Positions 10,498 to 21,859 of a stretch of 64,000 nucleotides of DNA are shown here, piece after piece. A program made the position numbers and the translations under genes. The notes under the pieces are model-generated. The model was not told the origin of the DNA. It saw only the letters and a list, made by a program, of their open reading frames with translations, and made no database searches. The stretch is from Rhodosorus marinus CCMP1338 (taxonomy: Eukaryota; Plantae; Rhodophyta): assembly GCA_029953675.1 (NCBI GenBank), contig JAMWBK010000008.1, forward strand, positions 1-64,000. Direction: 5' to 3'. Numbering within the stretch: position 1 is the first letter of the stretch; the number at the start of each line of letters is the position of its first letter.

Positions 10498-11095
10498 TGA
10501 TTGCGCCTGACTGTCGCGGCGCTTAATCGTTTTTCCAAACAGGGTTTATTTAATTTTTCTGAAAGAAATTATTCATTTCTATCACAACTATCTGGGGAAG
10601 GCTTCTGGGTGGTGCGCACTACGTATCGCAGAATCTTAGTTGAGAATTTGAGAGTATGTTCCGCCCTTCACATCATCATGGCACTCAGCCTGCGTTGCTC
10701 ATTTCTCGCGATAAGCGGTGTTTTGGAATCAGAAAGGTTCCAAATGATGTGGTGGTCGACTCCTTGGATGGTCTTTAGTCCTTGGATAGCTGGGCTTTAC
10801 TGGACTTTACTGGACTTTACTGGGCTTTACTAGCATAGCTAGCACAACCACCACCAAAACACCTCGGTTAGCTCAACGAGGTAGTTGAAGACCTATATAG
10901 GTCAAGCAAAAAGTAGCTGGAGGTTTGAAGGGAACAAATCAGAGCGAGCAATGAAAAGGTTACTTGTTGCGATTTGCAAGCGTCCGTCTACGATAATTCG
11001 CTGATAATTGAGTGCTTCGGACTACTGGAATCTGTGGGTTCTGGTTCGCTTTTGGATCTGGGAACGCCCTGGCCGTCTTTCCTCGTTCAACCAAG

Positions 11096-14000
11096 ATGAA
11101 TCGAACTTTTACGGTGATTGGGTGTATAACCCTAGCAATATTTCTCTGCGTCGGAGGAGTGAGAGCTGATGCTGAGAGCGTGTGTGATGGATGGGGATTC
11201 TCTAATACGACTTGTTTGATGGTTCAGGATGTGAGTTCTGGTTACGTGGATGGTGTTGAGAACGGAACGTTTGCAATCTATGCACCGTTCTTCTACGTGA
11301 TGGACTTCACCGCGGATACGACGGACACGACAGAATTGTTTGGAACTGAGCAGGATATCCTATTACACGCGTACTACGTTCTAATCAAGGGCGCGGCTGG
11401 GGCAGCTGCTGCAATGCGGGGTACGAACGTGACGATTGTGGCGAATATCATTGAGATCCAGAGCGATGGAGATTTTGAGATCAACCTGAAGGCAACGGAG
11501 GTCACGATCCCTCCTCCAAGCGCACCAGCCACACCCGAGACCCTCGATCCGATGCAGAGGACGAAAGACCCCAATACGTTTCGGGGTGGTGACATGGGTA
11601 CCATGGGAAGTTGGGGAGCCACCGGCAGCCAGGGCAACCAGGGGGGAAGCTTTACCATGGTCGCAAAGTACGTGAACATCGAGAGCCTAGTCGAGGGAGG
11701 ATATACCATGACCATAAGAACTGATGGAAGCGACGGTGGTACCGGTGGATATGGTGGAGACGGAGGTAACGCGCAGATGCCTATCGATGGAATGGCGTGT
11801 GGCAAGAAGAACAGCTGGGTGGGTGGGAAGTGCAAGGATTCTTGGTGTAACGAGTGTCCAACGGGTACCATGAACGGCGATAAGAAGCCATGTCTGTACT
11901 ATCAGCCGGGTTACCCGCAGCCGGGCGGCCAGGCGGGACATGGAGGAACTGGAGGAGCTGGTGGGCTGGCAGGCACCGTACATATCTACTCGAGCGTTGT
12001 TATCGGAGGCGAGGAAGAGAACGGGCTTAGCAATGAGGCGGCGGCTGCATACTTCAATGGGGAATCCAATTCCGGGGGAGGGGGACCAGGCGGGGAGCCA
12101 GGAAATCCCGGATTAGGGGGTCAGCTCACGGTGAATTGCTACACGAGAACATGGCAGAAGAACTATATTCTGAACACGAACTACTACGAAACAGTTTCGT
12201 CAGGATATCCGCTTGTCGGCGATGTTGGACTGACCAACCACGCCGGAAAAAGTGGAGAGGAGTCTCACGACCCGCTACCGATGTCATTCCGAGCGACAAT
12301 CGGCGCTGAAGTCGAGGAGTGGGACACCAATGAGTACGACGATCCGCGATCCTTTGCGTTCGAAAACTTTCCGCAGCCGTTGGCGTACATCGACTACGGT
12401 CTCAGCCTCTCGAAGAGGATGCTGGATATTATGTTCTTTAACGATGATGCTGAAGAAAACCAAAACGCGTACACCGTAATTCTCTTGTCGGTTTCCGATA
12501 TGCTCTACAATGCTCAGCTAGTTGCCAATCGGACTTCAGACGAGACGGAGAAAGCCAAGTACACCTCGCTAGCTGGAAAGGCGATTTCTATTATCAAGGC
12601 GGCGAATCCGTTGACCACCTCCTCGGGTACGAATGCCAACCAGGTCAGCGTCATGAGCTTTGAGTACCTGCTCGACTACCTTGAAACACAGCGCCAGCTC
12701 GGAGAATCCTTGGAGTACTACTACGACGCCTACCGAAGCAGCGTCGAGGATTCGGAAGCTTCCATGGAGCTCCTCTCCAATGCGACGAGCAACGCGCAGA
12801 CGGGTATCGCCACGCAGTTGGCCAAGCAGCAGGCTCTGATGGAGGAGATCATGGAGGTGAACCGGTCGATGTCGGTAGCTGATCAGAATATTTGGAAGTA
12901 CCAGAGCACCATGGAGTTGCAGCAGGGTGAGATGGATGAGTGCTGGCGTAAGGTCGAAAAGCGTGCCAAGTTCGAAAAGGTGATGCAGTTTGTGAGCTTC
13001 TTTGTTAGCGTCTTTGACGCGGCATTCGCAGTGACCAAGGTGTTGTCCAAGGCCGGCAGTTGGACCAAGAGTGCTTCGCTCTCAGATACAACGAAGTCGG
13101 TGTTCTCCGGCATTGAGGGCTGGAGCGGTGCCAAGTTTTCTATGATACCTTCGCTGACGAATGAGATGGTGGACTTCTTCCCTTCGCCTGGAGAAAGCGC
13201 CGACTGGTCAGGGTACGAAGTGAGCTACGACGCGATCATGGCCGACATTGGCCTTCTTACGGAGGGAACGGAGACCCTCGCGGATCCGCTGGAGAGCGTC
13301 TACAGTGCAGACGACTACGACGAGGCCGTGGCGCTAGCTGCTCAAATTAGCGATGTTCAGACCTCTGCCAGTAGTGCGATGGTGGCACTTGACCGACAAG
13401 AGCTTCAAGACTACGTGGGGTACATGAAAACAGAGTGCTACACCTCGGCGACTGCATTCCTTCGGGCATTCGATGGGCTGGAGATGTGGGTCAACCAAAA
13501 GAACGACCTCATCGCGCTTTACTCCTCCTACATGAGCTACCTCAAGCAGGTCACGGCAACAAAGCTCTACCTCCAGAACGTCGTGGCTGCACTGGCGGTC
13601 GAGATGAAGAACAACATGATAAATCCCGCCGCACCCGCTGTTAAGGTCGCTCACCAGACCAACTACAACCTTCTGATAGCCGATTTTCACCGAGATCTTG
13701 AGGCCGTCTTCACCGCGAGGAACTATCTCATGATGGGCTCGATGTCGTCAGTAGATACCATCAGCCTCGCAGACTGCGAGTGGGAAACTTCCCTTCTGGA
13801 CACATCAGGGAGCCTATACTTCAGCTGTGCATCAGACGCGATCATTCAACTGCGTAAGTCACTCAAGAGTTGGTACGAGACCTCCTATACGAAAAACCAA
13901 CTGATGGAGTATGGCACCTTCTGGGGCCCTTACAATATCAAGGCGGAGACAGTAGGAGAGGATAACTGGGCGGAGTTTCTGGAGACGGGGTCCATCAATT

Positions 14001-15034
14001 TCTGCGTTGACCCATCGGATCCAGCTTTCAACAATCTCCCGGGACTAGAAGATCCGCTCTTCTTCCCCATGATTTCGATGAATAGCATGTTTGTCGTTTT
14101 CGACGGCGTATCGCATACGAAGAGTCCAGTCGTCGACATCACGCACAAGAGCATGTCCGGGGTCACTCGAGTTGCAGAGGCGGAAGATGATGAGGACTCG
14201 ATGTACTACGTGAAGAAGTATACGCACGCCAACCGAAAGCGAACGTTTATGTACTTCGGAGGTGCACCTGCAGGTGACGAGCTAAGCGTCAAGGAGTGGA
14301 TGGCGTCCGACTACATCCGGCAAAACGCCGTCTTCTCAACGGAGGACTTCATCGACATAAGCCCATTCAGCAACTATCAGATCGATGCCAGGCTCCAGGA
14401 CATCAAGGCCATTACTAACATTCGACTCTACTTCACCGGAAGCTACGTGAGGTCGAACTTTGCCGACGCCCTCAACTCGACAATTCCAATCATGTGCAAC
14501 TCTTTCGATTCGGATGAGACCCCGACTCCCACTCCAACCCCGACACCGACAACGACTCCGACTCAGACACCCACGCCGACACCGACTTATACTGGGACTC
14601 CTACGACGTCCCCGACAACGGCTCCGGCTGAAACATCGTCCGGGCTACCACTTCTGGAAACCGTGGCTCGAGAGCAGGAAGTGGGTTGCGGTTCTTACAA
14701 GGTTTCAGTAGAGAAGGTTGCATCCTGGACGAGACTCTCCGGTGAGACGGCTAGCGCCTGTATGATCACTTTCTCGTCGACGGAGGCTTCTGTGAACCTG
14801 CCGAAGAGCCTTGAGGTATCCTGGGAATGGCCTCAAAAACCGAAGGGAGTTGCATGGGAGCAAGCAGATGGCGTCGTCATCAGCTCAAACGAGGTTCTCG
14901 GCGCATTGAGCATTTCCGCTAAGCGAATTCAGGGCTTGTCCGAGGCTGTCACAGTCGCGATCTCTGAGACCTGTCCAGACAACGTTGAAATCGTCGCAGT
15001 TAACCGATCCAAGTGTGGACGGACTTTGGGCTAA
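11096..15034 (+). CDS. Secreted 1312-aa putative pore-forming or Tc-toxin A-like protein with Gly-rich repeats, coiled coil and hydrophobic hairpin, Pro/Thr linker and CBM-like C-terminus
   Basis: Intronless long ORF with a signal peptide (MNRTFTVIGCITLAIFLCVGGVRA). It has GxxGxxG tracts, FLETGSINF...SPFSNYQID...ITNIRLYFTG resembling the TcA C-terminal domain, and a (TP)n linker. The ORF is solid; the function is inferred. Confidence 0.8.
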   Translation: MNRTFTVIGCITLAIFLCVGGVRADAESVCDGWGFSNTTCLMVQDVSSGYVDGVENGTFAIYAPFFYVMDFTADTTDTTELFGTEQDILLHAYYVLIKGAAGAAAAMRGTNVTIVANIIEIQSDGDFEINLKATEVTIPPPSAPATPETLDPMQRTKDPNTFRGGDMGTMGSWGATGSQGNQGGSFTMVAKYVNIESLVEGGYTMTIRTDGSDGGTGGYGGDGGNAQMPIDGMACGKKNSWVGGKCKDSWCNECPTGTMNGDKKPCLYYQPGYPQPGGQAGHGGTGGAGGLAGTVHIYSSVVIGGEEENGLSNEAAAAYFNGESNSGGGGPGGEPGNPGLGGQLTVNCYTRTWQKNYILNTNYYETVSSGYPLVGDVGLTNHAGKSGEESHDPLPMSFRATIGAEVEEWDTNEYDDPRSFAFENFPQPLAYIDYGLSLSKRMLDIMFFNDDAEENQNAYTVILLSVSDMLYNAQLVANRTSDETEKAKYTSLAGKAISIIKAANPLTTSSGTNANQVSVMSFEYLLDYLETQRQLGESLEYYYDAYRSSVEDSEASMELLSNATSNAQTGIATQLAKQQALMEEIMEVNRSMSVADQNIWKYQSTMELQQGEMDECWRKVEKRAKFEKVMQFVSFFVSVFDAAFAVTKVLSKAGSWTKSASLSDTTKSVFSGIEGWSGAKFSMIPSLTNEMVDFFPSPGESADWSGYEVSYDAIMADIGLLTEGTETLADPLESVYSADDYDEAVALAAQISDVQTSASSAMVALDRQELQDYVGYMKTECYTSATAFLRAFDGLEMWVNQKNDLIALYSSYMSYLKQVTATKLYLQNVVAALAVEMKNNMINPAAPAVKVAHQTNYNLLIADFHRDLEAVFTARNYLMMGSMSSVDTISLADCEWETSLLDTSGSLYFSCASDAIIQLRKSLKSWYETSYTKNQLMEYGTFWGPYNIKAETVGEDNWAEFLETGSINFCVDPSDPAFNNLPGLEDPLFFPMISMNSMFVVFDGVSHTKSPVVDITHKSMSGVTRVAEAEDDEDSMYYVKKYTHANRKRTFMYFGGAPAGDELSVKEWMASDYIRQNAVFSTEDFIDISPFSNYQIDARLQDIKAITNIRLYFTGSYVRSNFADALNSTIPIMCNSFDSDETPTPTPTPTPTTTPTQTPTPTPTYTGTPTTSPTTAPAETSSGLPLLETVAREQEVGCGSYKVSVEKVASWTRLSGETASACMITFSSTEASVNLPKSLEVSWEWPQKPKGVAWEQADGVVISSNEVLGALSISAKRIQGLSEAVTVAISETCPDNVEIVAVNRSKCGRTLG

Positions 15035-15159
15035 GACTATTGCAGTGACACGGCATGAGAAATGATATACATTGTACTTATGGACGAAAAATACAAAAAA
15101 GGGCCTTAAAGCTATTCAAAAAACATGAGCAGGGAACGACAGAGTAGGTGCCACGCTCG

Positions 15160-16979
15160 ATGGATTCGTTGCAACCATGCTTTTCACCGCCTATGAACGA
15201 TAGACACCCCACATTGTGACGTATCCAAGCGTTATTCGTGTTTGCCTTGGCCATGTCCTTTGTGACTGTGTACCGAAAGAGGCTTGCCAGTGTGTCCCTG
15301 GTGAGACGTGCGAGTATACCGGTATGTTTCCGGGGGATTCGTGTGAGACCGAGTTTGGCACTGGGGTAGGGCGCGAAAGAGATGTAAAAAGGAGCCGAAT
15401 TTGGCGTTTCAATTGGGAGTTCTTACCATTTCACATCTCTGCCATAGCTCGTAGCACAGAGATCGGACAGTATTGGGTGCAATTGCAGAATCAATTGTAC
15501 CCTTTCGCCTTGTGACGGCGACCCCGAAAACTGCGAAGACTACACCTTCGGCACATGTGATTTGGAGGATGGCGAGAGAGGGGTAGGCAGTGAACCCGCT
15601 CGGAGACCTTGCCCATAAACGTGTTTCTCACTGAATACTTTTTTTTCTATATTACCCCTGGAGTTAGATCGTAGTACCAACTTCAGTGCCTGGCACATGT
15701 ACGTGTCAGCGTTGTGATCCGGGCAAGTGTGCACACCCTGACGCTGGATGCATTGTCGAAGGAAAGTCGTGCAGTAATCTTAACGGGCTAATGGACGTGA
15801 GTTCAATATCTAGAAGTAGAATCGCTTGGCTAGCCCGAGAAGCTCACGTACGCATGCGATCTGTTTCTGCACCATTTCAAAACCTTTACAAAGGTCTTCT
15901 TCACGGACGACACGACGAAATGTAACTGTGGTTGTGATTTAAATATCCCAGACCAAGCCGGTAGGTCGGCAAGTTCAGGAGGCGTTTGTCTTCAAGGTTT
16001 AGCCCGTGGCGTGGTATGTGGGAAATATCGAATTGAACGTGCCGTAGAGATGGATCCAGGTGTCGTGCTTACATATCTCGCGCTCTCTGTCCACACGCGC
16101 AACGCAGGTCGTGACTGGAAACGAGGAGGGCGAGTGTGGTTGCCAAGTGCAAAACTGCACCTCTTCAAGCTGTGAAGGCCCCGATTGTGAAACGTTCGAT
16201 GGCGTCCTAGGAGAGACATGCGACTCGGACACTGGCGTGAGTCTAGAACCTTCAAGTCAAGATATGCGATATCGGAACTCACCGTCCTCTTTGACTCTTG
16301 TCCTGTTCCTTCCCCCGAGTGCAGATCGTCGAGATTCTCCAAGACGGCAGTTGCAAATGCCAACCGATTTGTCAGACTGTCAACTGCGACGACGAACCGG
16401 AAATTTGCACTGATCCAGACGGGACACCAAAAGTTGGAGATGTGTGCGTCCTTGAATTCGATAGTCTTGGGGTTAGTAAATTTCTGGATGAGCGGACAAA
16501 ACTTCTTGAGGAATGTGACCCCCCAACTTTTCTCCATGGACTGTCCCACCAGGTTCTAGAAGCCTCTTCAGATGTCGCTGGTGAATGTGACTGCGTTGCT
16601 CCAACCTGCGTTTACACGTATCAAATAAGAATTGGCCGTAACAGTATTGGGACAGGTTTTGGTAATCCCGGCGACGCATGTACTACTAGTGAGGCCCCCG
16701 GGGTAGGGAGGAAATACGCCAAGATCAAAACTCGTCAGCCTTTCGAAATGTTCTCACCTGCATCGTACGATTCTTGCCGACCAGGTGGTCAGCGACGAAT
16801 GCGAGTGCGAGCCGTTGTGCGATGTGGAATGTATTCCAGTAGGTTGTCAGACGGATACCGGTCGATGCAGAGAGGAAATACCTCCAGTAATTGTCAATGG
16901 ACAATGTCTCACGAGCTCCGAAGTAGCTGGGGTAAGTGGATGTTTTTTTGTATATGACGATGGGCGGGGCGGAGTATAA
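15160..16979 (+). CDS. Multi-exon Cys-rich (CxC/GDxC repeat) extracellular protein; start and exon limits approximate
   Basis: Cys-rich peptide blocks occur in alternating frames (CDCVPKEACQC, CQPICQTVNCDD, CECEPLCDVEC), separated by short GT...AG segments. The final stop is at 16979. Confidence 0.55.
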
Positions 16980-17499
16980 TAGTTTTACCAAATTATTGCT
17001 TTCGACCACAGCGCTCTTTTGCTACACACATTGAGAAGTTAGGTTTTCTCCGGCTCACGTTCTCGTATGTCCGATTCATTTGTGCTTTAGACCTACCAGC
17101 TTGTGTCAGGATCCGACCAATTCTGCGAGTGCGTTGCATCGCGCTAGTATCCGGAAGACCGACCGCGAGGATGACGGCGGACGATGGTGCAAGAGTCCAG
17201 CACCTCAGAAGGTACAGAGGTAACGATAACCATAAATGTGGCCCCTGTGTTCTACGAAGAAACTGGACTAGTTGTTTAGCAATGCGCCGACCGATGCGAT
17301 TGAACACATTGCGAGGTCGACTCAATAAGCATTGTCGATTATGGTTCGTCACAGCAAAGATGAACCGCGCTGGCGCGCTAGCTCTGGGGAAACATCGTTA
17401 GCTGTCCACTTTGACTCCGTCTGGAATGCTCTAGAAGCCCACGGGGCATATTAGGTAGCCGCCGAATAAAGGTTACTTTAGTCGGGGGTTAGTCTGGGG

Positions 17500-19310
17500 A
17501 TTTTGGACGGCTTTGTTTGTGGAAAACAACGGTAAAAGGTTATAAGTAGTTACACGTGATTGTGAAGGAGGTACGCGGGCCGTACCCCGAGCCTCTTGTG
17601 ATCCCGGGGGCCCACACACCTCGGGTACCCGGAAAATAGAGAGGGAGAAAGAGCTGCTGCAACAGCACCAGCAGCACCAGCACCAGCAGCACCAGCAGCA
17701 CCAGCAGCACCAGCATACAGGAGCAGAACAGGACGCAGAGATGCATGCAGAACACCGTGCAGCGGAGCCGGCTACAGCAGACCCAGCTGTCGCCTTTCTC
17801 CACCAGCTGCAGAGCTACGACCAGTGCTACCAAGCACTGGGAATCGGCCAGTCTGACATCGTCGACTTCTACCAGGCCGTCTTCAACCTCTATTCGAGGA
17901 TCAATTGTACGCAAGAACTTCAGGGAGTGACAGGACGTCTGAATGAGCTCGCCAAAAAACCGCATATGTTGCAAGACGGACGAGCCACCACGACCCCGCC
18001 TCAACCCCCGCAGCAGCACCCGCGGACGGCGGCAGTCAATCAACATGCACCGGAACCGATCAACAATCAACTTCCGGAGGGACAGGTGTCCCAGTCTCAC
18101 TGGACTATGCCACGGCCTTCCCTGTTGTCGGGACCAGCAGCACACGGCCAACGTACGCTCAGCGCACTGTCCAAAATACTCCAGCTCGAGAATCAGAGGC
18201 TCAAATCCGACCAGCCGGACGCCCGGGCCCACAGAGCCAGCAGGCAGCGCTGCGACAGCTGCACGCCACCGTGGGCGGGTCCTCCTGGGGACTTGAGACC
18301 AAGCCGATCCTAGCCACCCTTCGAAACGTCCGCCCCCCAAGGCAGGATGATGTGGCACCTTCGGACTTCACCATCGTCCTCTGCCGCGCGCTGGGAATCC
18401 CAGCCTCTCACATCGCGCATGTGGACTTCATCTCTTCACATTTAAGCTGGACTTTACTAGCATAGCCTGAAGCGCTACGCAAGGCGTGAAGATGAACTAA
18501 ATTAAGCTTGCTCTGCCATCCGGATGCAATCCCAATTGTGCAGAGCGCTATCGCCCGAGGTGTTTTCAGAACAGGGATCTTTGGATCGTTCACACTGAGG
18601 CATCCTGACCAGCAAGTGACTCTGCACACAGGACAGGGACTGGAGGCTGGCAATCTGTTGGGCTACAACGAAAGGCAAAGGATCGCCCAAGAGGATATCC
18701 CAGCCCAGACGCTGCAACGGGCCATACAACAGATCATCAGGATTCGTGCGAGGCTCGGAAAGAGGCATCTGTCGTTCTCTACTCTAGCAGCCATCCATGA
18801 AACGCTGGAAGAGGGTCTACGAGCGTTGCGAGACCTACAACATCCACCAGAAGTCGTCGGGGAGAGTGTGGAACCCCTTGAGACTGCAGCAGCTACAAAC
18901 GCAGCCCCAGAAGCCTCGGCCCCACACGGAGCCGCACAGGCAGCCCACGGGACCGTTGACGCTTCGGGTGACTCCAGGGCAACGTCTCAACTACCACGGG
19001 AGGATGCCGAAGAGGAAAATCCACACGCCGAGCTCCCACACAACCTTCCGGAGCCTCCCCAACAAAACCGCACACGTGTGACATGTGAAAGCGGCAGGCA
19101 CATGCCATGACACCGAGATGATTCTCGCAGCCCCAGAAGCACCTCAGCGTGATACCCATGCCCAGACCCACTCCGTAGCCCACGATAATGCGATGGACAT
19201 CCAGACCAGTCAGGAAGACACAACCCAATAATGCCGAGCCGACGTAGGGGAATCAAACGCAGACGGGAAGAGCCTCTTTTCTTCTCCAAGCGACAGGACT
19301 GGATTGTGCT
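17500..19310 (+). mobile_element. Family T-G 5' portion: degenerate ORF1 with polyQ/H tract, TAATG overlap and first residues of ORF2
   Basis: Starts after variant telomere units (17472-17499). The ORF1 pieces align with 33216-34031, and ORF2 begins MPSRRRGIKRRREEPLFFS like the copy at 32977. Confidence 0.85.
18449..18501 (-). mobile_element. 53-bp family Y 3'-end insertion with 7-bp TSD TTAAGCT inside T-G ORF1
   Basis: TSD at 18442-18448 and 18502-18508. Removing the insert restores SSHLSLLCHPDAIP. Confidence 0.85.
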
Positions 19311-19903
19311 TGCGTTGATCTCCACATCTCGAGTTGTTATTGTCAGATTGCGGAAAGGGCTTGTCTGGGCATGTCCAATAGATAGTATACATGAACTGAA
19401 AAAGTCAGAAGAAGAAGAAGACGTACTGCTTATCGGAGTACGTCCGTCACGGTCATCGCAGAAAACCTTTTGGCCGGCTATTGTGTGTGGTTCCGTTGCG
19501 TCTCGGGAGCTGTTTTTGGAGCTGCTATCCAGCGTGAAGAGAATGAGGAATCAGTGGCAAGATGATGTAATGCTCGGACCAGTCAACAGGGACAACAGAA
19601 GCCCGAGCGCGGGCGGTGCGCCAGCATTCGAGAACAGGCGGCTTGAGGAAATCCTCTATGTGGCTCAGAACTCACCGCAACGAGATGCATCCTCGCATCG
19701 CAGTGTACAATTTGTTATTGCAAACAACGTAGAAGAAGACTTAACGCTGAACGGTTCAGAGCTGAAGAGCGGTATATGGAGGAGGGAACCACCTCTGAGG
19801 ATTGAAGCAAACTCGGCCGGTTTTTTTGAAAGCGATGGTGGCCGTGAACTGACAGCAGATGTGCACGGGAGTGTCTCTTACAGAGCAACGTCGACTATGG
19901 CAG
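19311..19903 (+). pseudogene. Host gene fragment ending in an aegerolysin/Cry34-like beta-sandwich, truncated by a telomere unit
   Basis: RSVQFVIANN...LTL..SELKSGIW...PP.RIEANS.G.FES...GSVSY pattern. An upstream GLVWA...FWPAIV segment is weakly PWWP-like. Confidence 0.5.
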
Positions 19904-19925
19904 AACCCCAGACTAACGTAACCCC
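19904..19925. repeat. Interstitial telomere unit joining two non-telomeric sequences
   Basis: aaccccagactaacgtaacccc. Confidence 0.9.
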
Positions 19926-20330
19926 GGTTTACTTTTGTCAACCTGTTCCTTGCGCCCAACAGCTTCTTCTCTAGGTGCTCACCTTCAATCTCAATCATGA
20001 GCGGGGATCATAGTCATACAAATGATCACGTTCTGAAAGTATTCTACGTCAGCGTTGACGCCGCGGTTGATTCCCCATTAAGGCGGTAGAACGGAAGCTC
20101 TTCGGAAAATGCGGAGTCGAGAAATATAGTGCTCACAGGGCCGCCGAGTTGGAACCAAGGAAGGAATCGTCTTTTTAAGCGTTTTCATCCACTTGCAAAC
20201 TAGCTGATCGATATATTATCTAACTTTTGACAGGTGAACCTATATAAAAACAAGCTTTCAGTACACTCAGTGATACTGAGCCTTTACGGCATAAGTTATA
20301 CAGTAAAGGCTTGCTACTTACACCTTTACC

Positions 20331-21846
20331 GGACTTTACTAGCATAGCCTGAAGCGCTACGCAAAGCGTGAAGATGAACTAATAACTAGGGAGGGAAGCA
20401 TGCAACACCAGGCGCCGATGGCGCGCCTCGGAAAGCATGTCGCTGGAATATCGCCAAAGGGAGACACTTAAACGCCTCAAGACCGCCAAATATTCAGTAG
20501 GATGCTCAGCAAAACATTTCCGCAACCACTCTAAACCCGACTTATCCACGTGACCAAAGCTTTCCACAATGGATGGCTGGAACCGGTGAGAGCGACCCTC
20601 AGCGCAAGGCAGACTGGCCATGCTCTCAGCATACCTTCGTTCCTTAACTCTTCGAAGGGCTGAAGCCGCGGCCCCCCGGCGGCGGGCGGCTGCGGTGAGG
20701 TGGGCGCTGGCCACGGGGCAGGTAATCGCAAGGTCCACATATGTTGAGCGTCTGGCAGCAGCGTCAGAGACGAGGAGATCGGCTATACAACGGGGCGGTG
20801 CAGAGTCCGAGCTTGATCTGGGCAGTTCCGACTCAACCTCAACCGTATGCCCTATCCGAGTCAAAAATTCGCTGAGGATGTACTTGAGGCGAGTGTGACG
20901 CCTCGTACGGAGACCTCGCAACAGTCCGCAGGAACCCAGGAAGTGGTAGCCACAAGCGTCAATCCGGCTCTCACATCCCTGACAGAAAGACGGCCGATTA
21001 GAGTGGCACGGAGCCTGTGGCAAACCGAGATAGATGCGTGCGGCAGAACGGAACTGGAAAGCATCGAGACGATGACTCAATGACGACGGTAGAGTGGTTA
21101 ACCACAAGTGCGAGAGGTGGCCTCCCATGGCGCGGAGACGAGCGGCAGTGGTAGGCGGCGTGAGAGGAGAATTGAGCATGACTGTGGGAGCGGCACTGTG
21201 TTGGCCCCAGGTGAGGCTATGTTGAATCACATCAGTGCGGGAGCTCCACAATCGGCTCAAACCCGGGTAGTCTGCAACAGGGGACCCGGGGCTAGCCTCT
21301 CCGTCATCGGCAAGAACTCGGTCGAGGGGACAATCCTCAATCGCTTCAGCTAGTCCCCATAACAGGTCCCTCCAGGAACGAAAGCGGCACCGATTTGCGT
21401 CCGGCACGGCGTTGCACCTCCTGAACGCGTGTTGAAGACCATCATAAATTGTCAAAAGCGGGGGCGGCAGGGTCACTGGATCCTCGTTGGTCAAAGCTCG
21501 AGCCAAGAGGCAGGCACTTCGCATCTGGAAGGTCACCAACGTTCGCAGCGCGGTAGCCCAGGAGGCAACCGCCGCTGGCGAGCATACCAGCCCACGGTCT
21601 GCGACGCCGAATCCCCCTAATCGCAACGGTAGAGCGATCTGTGCACGGATAAAGTCCCTGTCGGGAGCAGCTTCAAGATCGAGGGGCTCATCCAAGAGCG
21701 TTCCCCAGTGTTGCAGGGTCATTTCGTCGGCTTTAGCCGCGATCCACGAGCCCCAAGCTGGAGGCAGGCTGCGCAACCAGTAGTTGAGTCTGGGACCGGC
21801 ACAAAAGCGGGAAAGCAAGCAGGCCGATTGCAAAATGCTGCAAACG
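20331..21846 (-). mobile_element. Family Y, 5'-truncated (post-RT region, zinc knuckle, endonuclease, 3' UTR, tail)
   Basis: ORF 20379-22070 contains LPLRLGGFG, CQGC..HFLGSC, RH, IADL..YVDL and PSIVESFG. The tail ggactttactagc starts at 20331. Confidence 0.88.
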
Positions 21847-21859
21847 GGTAAGCGAGTTA

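Noticed and set aside
11012-11095. N-terminal extension of the 1340-aa ORF
   Set aside because: It starts at a non-ATG codon inside a decayed X-like relic. The ATG at 11096 gives a proper signal peptide.
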